Source of the DNA: Leucoraja erinacea
Lineage: Eukaryota
Reading direction: 5' to 3'
NCBI RefSeq assembly: GCF_028641065.1
Contig: NC_073380.1
Coordinates: 104,408,001 to 104,472,000 of the forward strand
Length of the DNA stretch: 64,000 nt
Of this stretch, positions 34,510-46,942 are shown piece after piece (position 1 is the stretch's first letter; every line of letters begins with the position of its first letter). The translations under genes were made by a program, and so were the position numbers. The notes below the pieces were generated by a model. The model did no database searches and had not been told where the DNA came from. It saw only the letters and a list, made by a program, of their open reading frames with translations.

Positions 34510-36606
34510 TGGCTATAAGGCATTTAAAGACTGCATGGATGAACTACAAAAATTGTTCATCCCAGTTTGGCAAAAGAATAAATCAGGGAAGGTAGTGCAT
34601 CCATGGATAACAAGGGAAATCAGGGATAGTATCAAAGCAAAGGATGATGCGTACAAACTAGCCAGAAAAAGCAGCATACCGGAGGACGGGAGAAATTCAG
34701 AGACCAGCAGAGGAGGACGAAGGGCTTAATTAGGAAAGGAAAAATGGATTATGAAAGAAAACTGGCAGTGAACATAAAAACTGACTGCAAAAGTTTTTAT
34801 AGATATGTGAAAAGAAAGAGATTAGTTAAAACAAATGTAGGTCCCTTGCAGTCAGAAACAGGTGAGTTGATCATGGGGAACCAGGATATGGCGGACCAAT
34901 TGAATAACTACTTTGGTTCCGTCTTCACTAAGGAAGACATAAATGATCTGCCGGAAATAGCAGGGGCCCGCGGGTCAAAGGAGGTGGAGGAATTGAGTGA
35001 AATCCAGGTTAGTCGGGAAGTGGTGTTGGGTAAATTGAATGGATTAAAGGCCGATAAATCCCCAGGGCCAGATAGGCTGCATCCCAGAGTACTTAAGGAA
35101 GTAGCTCCAGAAATAGTGGATGCATTAGTAATAATCTTTCAAAACTCTTTAGATTCTGGAGTAGTTCCAGAGGATTGGCGGGTAGCAAACGTAACCCCAC
35201 TTTTTAAGAAGGGAGGGAGAGAGAAAACGGGGAATTACAGACCAGTTAGCCTAACATCGGTAGTGGGGAAACTGCTAGAGTCAGTTATTAAAGATGGGAT
35301 AGCAGCACATTTGGAAAGTGGTGAAATCATTGGACAAAGTCAGCATGGATTTACGAAAGGTAAATCATGTCTGACGAATCTTATAGAATTTTTCGAGGAT
35401 GTAACCAGCAGCGTTGATAGGGGAGAACCAGTGGATGTGGTGTATCTGGACTTCCAGAAGGCTTTCGACAAGGTCCCACATAAGAGATTAATATACAAAC
35501 TTAAAGCACATGGCATTGGGGGTTCAGTATTGATGTGGATAGAGAACTGGCTGGCAAACAGGAAGCAAAGAGTAGGAGTAAACGGGTCCTTTTCACAATG
35601 GCAGGCAGTGACTAGTGGGGTACCGCAAGGCTCAGTACTGGGACCCCAGCTATTTACAATATATATTAATGATCTGGATGAGGGAATTGAAGGCAATATC
35701 TCCAAGTTTGCGGATGACACTAAGCTGGGGGGCAGTGTTAGGTGTGAGGAGGATGCTAGGAGACTGCAAGGTGACTTGGATAGGCTGGGTGAGTGGGCAA
35801 ATGTTTGGCAGATGCAGTTTAATGTGGATAAATGTGAGGTTATCCATTTTGGTGGCAAAAACGGGAAAGCAGATTATTATCTAAACGGTGGCCGATTGGG
35901 AAAGGGGGAGATGCAGCGAGACCTGGGTGTCATGGTACACCAGTCATTGAAGGTAGGCATGCAGGTGCAGCAGGCAGTAAAGAAAGTGAATGGCATGTTG
36001 GCTTTCATAGCAAGAGGATTTGAGTATAGGAGCAGGGAGGTTCTACTGCAGTTGTATAGGGTCTTGGTGAGACCACACCTGGAGTATTGCGTGCAGTTTT
36101 GGTCTCCAAATCTGAGGAAGGACATTATTGCCATAGAGGGAGTGCAGAGAAGGTTCACCAGACTGATTCCTGGGATGTCAGGACTGTCTTATGAAGAAAG
36201 ACTGGATAGACTTGGTTTATACTCTCTAGAATTTAGGAGATTGAGAGGGGATCTTATAGAAACTTACAAAATTCTTAAGGGGTTGGACAGGCTAGATGCA
36301 GGAAGATTGTTCCCGGTGTTTGGGAAGTCCAGGACAAGGGGTCACAGCTTAAGGATAAGGGGGAAATCCTTTTAAAACCGAGACGAGGAAAACTTTTTTC
36401 ACACAGAGAGTGGTGAATCTCTGGAACTCTCTGCCACAGAGGGTAGTTGAGGCCAGTTCATTGGCTATATTTAAGAGGGAGTTAGATGTGGCCCTTGTGG
36501 CCAAGGGGATCAGAGGGTATGGAGAGAAGGCAGGTACGGGATACTGAGTTGGATGATCAGCCGAATGGCCTATTCCTGCACCTAATTTCTATGTTTCTAT
36601 GTTTCT
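34510..36606 (+). mobile_element. CR1-clade LINE (HER1-like), 5'-truncated, young
   Basis: Contains an open 543-aa RT frame, a 3' UTR and a (TTCTATGT)n tail. Confidence 0.97.
34744..36375 (+). CDS. LINE ORF2 reverse transcriptase domain (partial; lacks endonuclease, frameshifted at both ends)
   Basis: KSPGPD, NYRPVSLTS, QHGF, LDFQKAFDKV, GVPQGSVLGP, KFADD. Confidence 0.9.
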   Translation: MDYERKLAVNIKTDCKSFYRYVKRKRLVKTNVGPLQSETGELIMGNQDMADQLNNYFGSVFTKEDINDLPEIAGARGSKEVEELSEIQVSREVVLGKLNGLKADKSPGPDRLHPRVLKEVAPEIVDALVIIFQNSLDSGVVPEDWRVANVTPLFKKGGREKTGNYRPVSLTSVVGKLLESVIKDGIAAHLESGEIIGQSQHGFTKGKSCLTNLIEFFEDVTSSVDRGEPVDVVYLDFQKAFDKVPHKRLIYKLKAHGIGGSVLMWIENWLANRKQRVGVNGSFSQWQAVTSGVPQGSVLGPQLFTIYINDLDEGIEGNISKFADDTKLGGSVRCEEDARRLQGDLDRLGEWANVWQMQFNVDKCEVIHFGGKNGKADYYLNGGRLGKGEMQRDLGVMVHQSLKVGMQVQQAVKKVNGMLAFIARGFEYRSREVLLQLYRVLVRPHLEYCVQFWSPNLRKDIIAIEGVQRRFTRLIPGMSGLSYEERLDRLGLYSLEFRRLRGDLIETYKILKGLDRLDAGRLFPVFGKSRTRGHSLRIRGKSF

Positions 36607-36691
36607 AAGTACTTCTTCAATCATTTGCTCCACATTTCAGAAATAGTTAGTTGGTCGTAAAGCACTTGGTAACATCCTAATGTATAAAATA

Positions 36692-37573
36692 TTGTATTGT
36701 ATTGTATTCAAATTTATTGTCATTGTCTCAATTAGAGACAACAAAATGAATTTCCCTTTACAGTCAGTATCATAAAAATAAATAAATAATAAATATTAAA
36801 ACATATTAAAAAAATAAAATAGAATTTAAAAAAAAGCACAAACACAGAAAGTCCACGACACAACACAACACAGTGGCACCAAGGTGAGGAAGGCACCATT
36901 GTCCAGCCAGCCTCCCCTCCGATCTTCCCAGATGTTCATCCGTGGTTGGGGCCTTCCGAGCACCCGCAGTCGCCGCCCCGGGTGGCCCGATGTTCAGGCC
37001 CTCACGCCGGGCTAGTGGAACGCCGACGCCGATCCCCGACGGTGAACATCCTCCTCCTCAGCGGCCCGGACCTCCTGATCAGCCGCCTCCCGCAGCCGGA
37101 GTCCGCAGCTCCCGAGTCCGCAGGTCGAGCCGGGCAGAGTCGCAGGACCCCACGATGTTGATCAGCGCCGCCCGCGTTGGGAGCTCCGCAAACCGCAGCT
37201 CCATGATGTCGGTGCAGCAGGTCCAGCACTCCGGGCTCCAGACGGCGACCCCCGGTAAGGCATCGCCAGCCCCGCGATGTTCCCGCGCTGTCCCGCCGCT
37301 GCTGGAGCTCCGGTCGATCCCGGCAGGAAAGGCCGCGCCAATCCAGGGAGGACGCTGGGGGGGGGGGGGGGGGGCGAGGACGCGACTCAAATAATAGTCG
37401 CGTCCTCTCCAGGAAGCGGCTGAAGGACGGCATCCCCCGCACCGTGCCCTCTTCCCCCACATAAAGACATTAAAAAAATCATAAAAAACACACATCAACA
37501 TAACTAAATAAACAAAAAAAACAAAAAGATACCCGGCTGAAGGTGGAGGCTGCTGGCACCAGCACCACCGGAA
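36692..37573 (-). mobile_element. apparently full-length (about 880 bp) GC-rich non-coding non-LTR element
   Basis: The minus strand starts CTTCCGGTGGTGCTGG and ends with a hairpin, GACAATAAA and (AATAC)n. Homologous to 2390-3187. Confidence 0.8.
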
Positions 37574-37774
37574 GTACAATATGATACAATAAAAGGCTGT
37601 TATATGGTGGAGAATCAAGGAGCAGATCTCGCAAGGAAGAATATATTAATGAGACAATTAACAATAATATGTTAAATTTAAAAAAAAGTGTAAATCAACA
37701 ATTAGAAGTTGAATTCAAAAAGTTTAATAAAAGGAATTTGAATACCAATAGAGACAATCTAGTATTGATAAAGA

Positions 37775-38030
37775 GCTTTTCATATCCTCAGAATATCACA
37801 AATGCTTCATGGGCAATAAAGTATCTTTGAAGTGTAGTCACTGTTTATAAAGACATAACCAAAGCAGGCAAAATGCATGTAGAAAGTGCAAACTGTCAAT
37901 TTTATGGCATTAGTTCAGGGTAAAATGCTACGCTGCAGAGCAGAAAAAATAATCTATTTTTCTATCATGACACATGGACTCTAATTGACCTTAAAGACAT
38001 CTCTGTTAGTTCAGCACTATTTCGGTGCCA
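37775..38030 (-). mobile_element. ancient Deu-domain-type SINE (SacSINE/AmnSINE-like) remnant
   Basis: CCTCAGAATATCACAAATGCTT...AAGTATCTTTGAAGTGTAGTCACTGTT resembles the 3' part of these SINEs in reverse. Confidence 0.5.
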
Positions 38031-38086
38031 ACAAAACTACAGTGTTGATTTGAAATATATTGGACAATAAGAGAACATTCAGCTCA

Positions 38087-38246
38087 TTGTGGCCCTTGTG
38101 GCTAAAGGGATCAGGGGGTATGGAGAGAAGGCAGGTACAGGATGCTGAGTTGGATGATCAGCCATGATCATATTGAATGGCGGTGCAGGCTCGAAGGGCC
38201 GAATGCCCTACTCCTGCACCTATGTTCTATGTTTCTATGTTTCTAT
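38087..38246 (+). mobile_element. HER1-like LINE 3' end
   Basis: TGTGGCCCTTGTGGCTAAAGGG...CCTACTCCTGCACCT plus (TTCTATGT)n. Confidence 0.9.
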
Positions 38247-39029
38247 TGTGTCCATGTTATTTAAATCTTCCAGGGACTTGATTCTGGAACCTCTAACCTT
38301 CTGATTCACGAGAAAACTTTCAAAAAGCCATGATGCCAATATTAGCTTCATTAGCATCAGTCCAAGCAACTATATTAATTGTTCTAATAGCGATAATGAT
38401 TTAATTTTGTTCCTTTTTGATACAGTGACAATCTCAATTATATTAATAGACCCATTATATATTGCTGTAATATTTTGGAACATAGGTGGACTGTTGGACA
38501 CTGATCGTGAATATCAATTAAGTTGTTGAGGCCGAGCGAACTCAAATAATACTGATTTCCTTTTATCTCTGTGGACTGGACTATTACGAAAGAGCAAAAT
38601 GATAAATATAATTGCAAAGGGCAATGAAATGTTAGAACCGTCTCAAGGGAGTTTTAATAAAACAGGGGGGGAAGTGGCATAAAACTCCAGCTTAATTGCA
38701 GATGAGTATTTCTTTAAATACAGGATTGACACATGGGTCAGAACTCACTGCTATTCCCACTCCGACTGATACATGAAGGAACATTAGTGATTCATGATGG
38801 TTACACACAAAAGCTGGAGAAACTCAGCGGGTGCTTAAAAACTTAGTGATTCATGATGTGGGCCATGAGAAGTAATGCCCTGATGCTGAATGGTTAGGTA
38901 TTTAGAGGTAGGAGCTGGCTTAATTTACTCCTTTCAGGCAGAATTTTACCTGCCCACAAAATCGCTATGAAAGTAATTTGACTGCTGACTAAACCATTCC
39001 CCGAGGCACTCTATTCCTTCCACGAGACT

Positions 39030-39925
39030 CAAGAGTCAAAAGTCAAGGGTGTTGAATTGTCATATGTACTGGCAGTAGAATTCAATAGAAACAATAGAAT
39101 TCTTACTTGCTGCTGCTTTAAAGGCACATTAATGAAACAACATAAAAAATAAATACATAGTAAAGAATAATAGATTAAATTAATAACAGTAATATCATGC
39201 AATAGTGCAAAACCAAAGTCCCCAGTACAACCAAAAATGTAATCCACAGAAGATCAGAATGCCTGGTCATGATTGGTGATGAGCTGTGTTCAAAAGCCTA
39301 GGAAGAACTAGGAAGAAGCTCTTCTTGAAACTGGTGATTACTGTTTTCAGACTCGCGTGCCTTCTTGTGGATAGTAATAGTGGAATGAGAGTGTGGCCAG
39401 GGTGGTGTGAGTCTTTGAAGATATTGGCTGCCTTTTAGAGGCAGCACTTCTTATAGATCCATTTGATGGGGATGGGTGATGGGGCGTGCAATGCCTACTA
39501 CTTAATGCATCTCTTTCATTCCTGGACATGCAGGTTTCCAAATAAGACCATGATGCAACCAGTCAGTATGCTCTCTAGCATACACCGACAGGACTTTGAT
39601 GTGTTTCAGTAACATGTGTATACCGAACACCCTCAATCTTCGAAGGATGTGTTGATTGATTAGTCGTCTGTGTGATTGTATCAATGTGTTGGCCCAGGAC
39701 AGATTTTCAGAGATGTGCAGATACAAGAGACGAGGAGACAGGTCCATAGATCTAGTCGTGAAGACAGGTCCATAGATCCTCAACTTTCCTTTCTTAAAGT
39801 CAGTAATCTGCTCCTTGGTCTTCCTAATGTTGAGAGCAAGATTGTTATGAAACCAATCAATATGATTATCAACCTGTCTCCTGTACTCCGAGTTGTGGCC
39901 ACCATGTATTCATCCAACACTAGAG
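39030..39925 (-). mobile_element. degraded Rex1/Babar LINE fragment
   Basis: Minus remnants HISENLSW..., LRRLR.FG, ESILTGCI..W.G and IFKDSHHPGHTL. Confidence 0.75.
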
Positions 39926-40646
39926 TTTATAATCTTACCCATATCCATAGTCTCGACCCGAAACATCCCCCATTTCTTCGCTCCATAGATGCTGCCTCAC
40001 CCGCTGAGTTTCTCCAGCCTTTTTGTCTACCTTCCATATCCACTCAGTCACCAATGACATTCAATCACATGCAGCATTGCACATTATTCTATTTAAAACA
40101 TTCCTTAACATTCTTCCTCTACTTGCAGGAGAGGGCACAGTACATCAAGGGACTGGCTCACACTGCATTGGCTCCAGTAAGAGAAAAATTTGGATTGTCA
40201 ACTGATGAATCAGACATCATAAGTGAGAAGGAGCAGATGGGGGAATCAGAGACATCAGTAGAAAGTGTAGGTTGGAGGCAGCACGGCCTTGCAAGCCCTC
40301 AGCTGGATGTATCTCAGAGGCCAATATAATCCAAAGTCTTTCAAAACAACACCAAAGATGTAATGATATCCTGGCAGATGTACTTGTCACTTCAGGAGGT
40401 TCAGGAGGTTGAAGAAATCAGTGGTTTGGTATCTTGTTATCACCTTTCCGATTATGTCATCTTGCATATAAAGGTTAGCCAGCATCATGAAGCATAGAAC
40501 TTAGTATCAAAGTGGTGCACATAAACTTTCTCTAAGTCCCTGCCATAATGAATGGCGTGTTTAATTTTAGTCTTTATCATTCAGTGCCCAGTAATCATCA
40601 GCAAAGTGCTCAGGATCTCAAAGTCAACAGGGAAATACAAGAAGTA

Positions 40647-42570
40647 ACATAGAAACATAGAAAATAGGTACAGGAGTAGGCCATTCGGCCCTTCGAGCCT
40701 GCACCGCCATTCAATATGATCATGGCTGATCATCCAACTGTACCTGCCTTCTCTCCATACCCCCTGATCCCTTTAGCCACAAGGGCCACATCTAACTCCC
40801 TCTTAAATATAGCCAATGAACTGGCCTCAACTACCTTCTGCGGCAGAGAATTCCAGAGATTCACCCCTCTGTGTGAAAAATGTTTTCCTCATCTCGGTCC
40901 TAAAAGATTTCCCCCTTATCCTTAAACTGTGACCCCTTATTCTGGACTTCCCCAACATCGGGAACAATCTTCCTGCATCTAGCCTGTCCAACCCCTGAAG
41001 AATTGTGTAATTTTCAATAAGATCCCCCCTCAATCTTCTAAATTCAAGCAAGTACAAGCCGAGTCTATCCTGTCTTTCTTCATGTGAAAGTCCTGACATC
41101 CCAGGAATCAGTCTGGTGAACCTTCTCTGTACTCCCTCTATGGCAAGAATGTCTTTCCTCAGATTAGGAGACCAAAACTGTACGAAATACTCCAGGTGTG
41201 GTCTCACCAAGACCCTGTACACTGCAGTAGAACCTCCCTGCTCCTATACTCAAATCCTTTTGCTATGAATGCTAACATACCATTCGCTTTCTTTACTGCC
41301 TGCTGCACCTGCATGCCTACCTTCAATGACTGGTGTACCATGACACCCAGGTTGTATTGTATTGTATTGTATATCTTTATTGTCATTTCCTGAGTATTCA
41401 CATACCCAGAGGAAACAAAAAAACGTTGCTCAACCAGTGTCCATTCAGTGTGCATTAGAAATAAATATAAATAAAAATACATCTATCATGAACAAATTAA
41501 CACTCTACTAAACATTCAACAGGCGTTCCGATCGGCAGCGGCACAACAGTGGCTCTGCTGCAGTGTGTGCAGGTTGGTGGTTGGTGCGCGATACTTTGGC
41601 GGGGGGGCAAAGTCCGTTTAGCAGTCTTATAGCCTGTGGGAAGAAGCTGAGGAGCATCCTGCTGGTTTTGCAGCTAATGCTCCTGTACCTCTTCCCAGAT
41701 GGCAGGATGGAGAAAATGTCATGCGATGGGTGGTAAGGGTCTTTGATGATGGAGATGGCTCTGCTGATACATCTCTTCCTGTATATGTCCAGCAGGAAGG
41801 GGAGTGGAGCACCAATAATCCTGCTGGCGGTCTTCACAATCCTGTCTAGTTGGTGCCGTTCGTACGCCTTGCAGCTCCCGAACCAGGAAGTAATGCCATA
41901 GGTCAATGTGCTCTCGACAGTCCCCCTATAAAAAGTCCGTAGGTGTGTAGTGGGGAGACCTGCTTTACGTAGTCTTCGGAGAGGGTGTAGTCGCTGCTGG
42001 GCTCTCTTGACCAGTGCTGTGGTGTTGGCCGTGGACGTCAGGTCATCAGACAGATGTAGTCCTAGCAACTTCACGCTGCTGACCCTTTCCACATCAGCTC
42101 CGTCGATGTGCAGAGGTGTATGGTGTTGTTTCCCCGCCCTCCTGAAGTCAACCACCATCTCCTTAGTTTTTCCCACGTTAAGAATGAGGTTGTGGGATTT
42201 GCACCAACCTGTGAGCAGCTCTACCTCCATCCTGTACGCCGACTCATCATTGTCACTGATGAGACCCACTACTGTTGTGTCATCAGCGAACTTGTTGATG
42301 AAGTTGTTGTTCAGTCTAGCAGTACAGTCGTGTGTCAGCAGACTAAACAGCAGCGGGCTTAGGACACAGCCTTGGGGTGAGCCAGTGCTCACGGCTATGG
42401 TTTTTGATGTCCTACTGCCCACCCTGACTGTCTGCTGCCGTTGCGACAGAAAGTTCAGGACCCAGTTGCATGTGCCAGCATCAACCCCCAATAGCTCCAA
42501 CTTCTCCACCAGCTGCTGCGGAATGATTGTATTAAAAGCAGAGGTCTCGTTGCATCTCCCCCTTTCCTAA
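40647..42570 (-). mobile_element. HER1-like LINE 3' fragment interrupted by a Rex1/Babar insertion
   Basis: CR1 sequence runs 40647-41352 and resumes at 42542-42570. AGGT is duplicated at 41349-41352 and 42542-42545. Confidence 0.92.
41353..42541 (-). mobile_element. Rex1/Babar LINE, 5'-truncated, open RT C-terminal frame (41508-42509)
   Basis: [47 protein letters not shown] and LPSGKRYRS, with a hairpin, AATAAA and (TACAA)n tail. Confidence 0.95.
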
Positions 42571-43724
42571 GTAGGGAGAGAAATGTTGGTGAATAAGGCA
42601 TGGAATAGGGGACTGCTAATAAATTCTTTCCATTCACGCGTGAAATTAATTAAATTAATTTAATTATGCTGGGGAAGATCAATTAATGTAATTGTTAACC
42701 CAAATTAAATATAATAGCAACTATTATATTACAACCCAAATGGAATATTTCTGGACCACGCCATATCATGGCAGGAACTTTTCAAGAACTTCCATTAGAG
42801 ATTTGCACCAAGACTAACGATACAGTTCCAACACTTGATAATGTTGACAGCAGTGCAGCATTGTTTTTCCAGAACTGCAAATTGCTATTCAGCCACGTTG
42901 GTCCAAATTTTCACTCACAGACCAACAACATATTAATTTAGCATTTTCTAGGCCTCCCCATTTATATGCGCACTCAAAATCCATCTATTTTCAAAACTAC
43001 TCCATGGTAATTTAAAGGCTGCAAGATTATTTTAAAGACTATTCACAATCAAATTTACATTTCCTTGGACATTCCCAGCATAATTAGATATCGTTGATGG
43101 ACATCTGCAATGATCTTCAGTACTAGATTCATGGAGCGGATGTGCATGAGTGTATGGAAGATTGGACCCATCAAGGGCGTGCTGGAATCAATGCATATAT
43201 CTGGCTTCTAAAAGGAGTAGCTCCCAATGATATCTAATGGCCTCTTAATATCTCAGATGGACGCTCACAAAGTGTTTGAGTTATTCTGACATTCAAAGTC
43301 ATAATCATAGCCGCACTCAACTTCCTAGACTTGACAATACTGTTCTGAACTTACAAAAGAAAGCTTACATCAGGCACACACACACACACCAGTAGTTGTG
43401 CTCACAGATGCCACAACATAGAGGGTGGATGCAAATCTCAAAAGTGCTAAGTGGAATCTACAATGACTAAATTGTTGTCTACCAAACATATACATTTTAT
43501 TTAAACTGCTAAAGTTGGAAGTCTGACACAAATGCAGAAAACGTTGAATGCTACTTCTGCTAAATGTTTCCAGCATTTTATGTTTTATCTTTCGCCATTT
43601 CTAACATTAAAGACCAGATTATCAGACATATTACAAATGAAAATATACTAAGAATGGCAAAATGTTATGAAGTTAGCCACAATGCTGTTTGATGGACTAA
43701 TTAATATAGGTATTACAGACTTTA

Positions 43725-43907
43725 AGACTTTTACCTTCCATCACAGTGAGGAGGTGCTTGGTGAACTCACTGTGATGGATGTTAAATGTGTGTTTATTGT
43801 GTGTTTTTGTTATTTTTATTATATGTATGACTGTAAGGCATCGAAATTTCATTCAGACTGAAAGGTCTGAATTACAATAAAGGATACTTTGAGTTGACTT
43901 TGACTTC
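43725..43907 (+). mobile_element. 3' end of the GC-rich non-coding family
   Basis: Perfect 14-bp stem TCCATCACAGTGAG/CTCACTGTGATGGA, second hairpin TTCAGAC..GTCTGAA, AATAAA and a TTGAC-type tail. Confidence 0.7.
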
Positions 43908-44617
43908 TTACAATGGTGTGACTTTAATAATGGAAAATCACATAGTTTGACCCCATCACTGTAAAATAAATAGGCAATTCATATTTCAATACCAAGGATG
44001 GTTTGGGATCTTTTTACAATACAACATTATTGAAGTATCCTTCCAGTTATTGGAGATCATTCATGTCAGTTGATTAGATGGCTGCAGGAAAAGGTTGCAA
44101 GGACTGTGGTGTTTTGACAGAGACAATGTTCTATATTCAATGAAGGCAAAGGCTATGAGTACTATTGACATGAAAGACACGTGTGCCTTTCATGACAATA
44201 GTGACTATACTGACATTGAAAACATCAATGAACCTGGGGTTAAGTGGATGGGGTTATATTTTGAAGAAAACAGATTATTTCCCTTCTATTATTTGTTCTC
44301 TCTCTCTCTGTTTTGTGAAGCATGAGTCTTCTGCTTTGTTGTAACATGTCTCCAGACACAACTATGCATTAGTCTCCATTCTCTAGCATGAAATATGCTA
44401 AATACTCATGCAAGGATCCATAAGATTTACTTAGCGTGAAAATATATATTTCAATATATGCATTAAACCAGCAGACAAAAGTAATATAAATGGAAATAAA
44501 ACATATATGAATGCAAGGGGGGCAAGGGAGGGAGGATGGTGTGATTGTGAAGCATGCCTAGAAAAGCTCTGCAGATAATGATTAAACACTATGTCTATAT
44601 ACTTATAAAAACTTTCC

Positions 44618-44933
44618 AAATATTGATCACACCTTGTGAATGTACACCCATTACAACTACAGGCATTGATCACAACCCTTGAATGTATAAAATCTGCAGA
44701 TATCAATCACAGCCTGTAACTGCACACTAATATAAACACTGCACATATATCAATCATAGTCCAATTGTATGCCCCATAAAAGTCTGCTGATATCAGTCAC
44801 AGTCTGCGAAAGTGTACTCAGTAAATGCTGCAGATTTCAATAATAGCCTGTGTATGTGCACCTATAAAAACACTGCAGATATCAATCACAACCTTTGAAT
44901 GGACTTTTATAAATCGCTGCAGATATCAATCAC
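44618..44933. repeat. degenerate minisatellite, about 45-bp unit (core CTGCAGATATCAATCACAGCCT), about 8 copies
   Basis: The core (G)ATATCAATCAC or a close variant recurs at regular spacing. Confidence 0.85.
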
Positions 44934-45224
44934 TGGCATGCTCAAATATATGTTAGCGAGTACATCATGGTCCAGAAAATGTTTTATTGCTTTTTAATAT
45001 TGTAAAATCACTATTGCATGTCATTGTCTGTCATTGCTTTTAGACGTCCTATAAATATTGTGATATTTAATTAGATTCCAAGAAAAGTATTATCAGATTG
45101 TCCTTTGATGTATGATGTCAGCTGTAGTATACAGTAAGCACTTATTATAACTTATTGGTGGGGGGGGCGGTATGGTGTCCATTGTTTCCAGATGTCCACT
45201 ATATATGAATGTAATATATGGCAT

Positions 45225-45970
45225 TTCTGGGTGAAAATGTTTTACTCACCTCAGTCCTAAATGGCCTACCCCTTATTCTCACCCCTGGTTCTGGACTCCC
45301 CCAGCATGGGAAACATTTTTCCTGCATCAAGCCTGACCAATCCCTTAAGAATTTTATATGTTTCTATAAGATCCCCTGTCAGTTAATACGCCCAGTTGAC
45401 CAATTCTTTCATCAAATTTCAGTCCCTCCTTTCCAGAAATTAACGTGGTGAATCTATGCTGCACTCCCTCAATAACAAAAATGACTTTCCTCAAATCAGG
45501 CGACCAAAACGGCACACTATGCTCCAGGTGTGATCTCACCAGGGCCCTGTCCAACTACAGTGGGACCTCCTTGCTCCTAAACCCACAATGAAGGCCATCA
45601 TGCCATTAGCTTACTTCACTGCCTGCTGTACCTGCATGCTTAATTTTAGTGACTGGTGTACAAGGACACCCAGGTCTCATTGCACCTCCCCTTTTCCTAA
45701 TCTGACACCATTCAGATAATAATGTGCCTTGCTGTTCTTACCACCAAAGTGGATAACCTCACATTTATCCACATTATACTGCATCTGCCATGCCCACTCA
45801 ACCAACCTATCCAAATCGCCCTGCAGCCTCATAGCATCCTCCACGCAGCTCACATTGCCGCCCAGCTTTGTGTCATCCACAAACTTGGAGGTGTTACATT
45901 TAATTCCCTCATCTAAATCGTTAATATATATTGTAAATAATTGGCACTGAGCCTTGCGGCACCCCACCAG
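45225..45970 (-). mobile_element. older CR1 LINE RT fragment
   Basis: QLFTIYINDLDEGIKCNTSKFVDDTKLGG and LVRSHLEH..FWSP.LRK. Confidence 0.92.
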
Positions 45971-46942
45971 TCAAAACAAAGGTTTACTGTATTTTGCCCT
46001 GCTGGCCTCCAGAGGAATCTCACTATTGTCAGCTCTCATGGTTATGAGATCAATGTCAACCCTAAGCAGAAGATATTCACAATCCCAGCTACTGGGGAGA
46101 GAGCTACCACTTCAAGAATGGATAATTTAATGATTGGACAAGAAAGGGAGTCGGAAGGACTGGTGGAGAACAATACCTACAAGTTGATGTTCTCTACTCA
46201 AGGGGAAAAAGGAGACCCAGGCCATGACCTCCTGTCATTGTCAGGGAGGTCACGGTGAGTAGTACAGGATGAGTGTAGCAAATTTTGTTCTACTTCAGAT
46301 TAAGCCTCATTTCACCTAAACAGCACAGTATTATAAGCAGCACTGTATTTGCCTATATCTATAAGCAAGCCAAGTAATTGTTCCTTTGTTTACATTAGTA
46401 AAAAAAAACAAGAAGAAAATTATAAACAGTCATACTGTACATTTTTGTATGATTTGAAAACATTCCAGTCATTTAGCTCATTGGCAAGTTGGCAACTTAA
46501 GTTGCAGTTGTAGAGGCAAGCTATAAGAAGCAAGGTAGCCAATTTACACACAAAAAAATCATCGCAAACAGCTATCATATAATGAATTATAATGATATTT
46601 TTTATTTTGTCAGTGCAGGTAGGAGGATCAATATTAGACACGGCATTGGGAAGAATGCCTTTGGTCTTCTTTAGAAAGTCCAATCAGGTCATCAGAAAAG
46701 TTGGAGTTGCAAGCAAAGTTTTATTAATTAGTTGTTGCTGTGATCCAGTTCACGAATGATAGTTATCTTTTTGTGCCTACATTTGACTGGTTCTGGAGTT
46801 TGTGGTCAATCTAATATTCTCCCAGTTGATAACTCACTTTCTGCACTCTCTTAAAGCTCATGTCCCTCGTCATCTGTTTTTCTTGGTATCTCTCTATTTC
46901 AAATTAATCTTACGTTCCTCAGATTTCTGATATCTTTGGGAG

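Noticed and set aside
36942-37618. 150-180-aa ORFs in GC-rich elements (also 2651-3035, 9455-9951, 16558-17329)
   Set aside because: They reflect stop-codon scarcity in GC-rich repeats, and I could not see a conserved protein between the homologous copies.
44618-44933. CRISPR-like repeat-spacer array
   Set aside because: The context is vertebrate, the repeats are degenerate, the spacers are homologous to one another and there are no cas genes.
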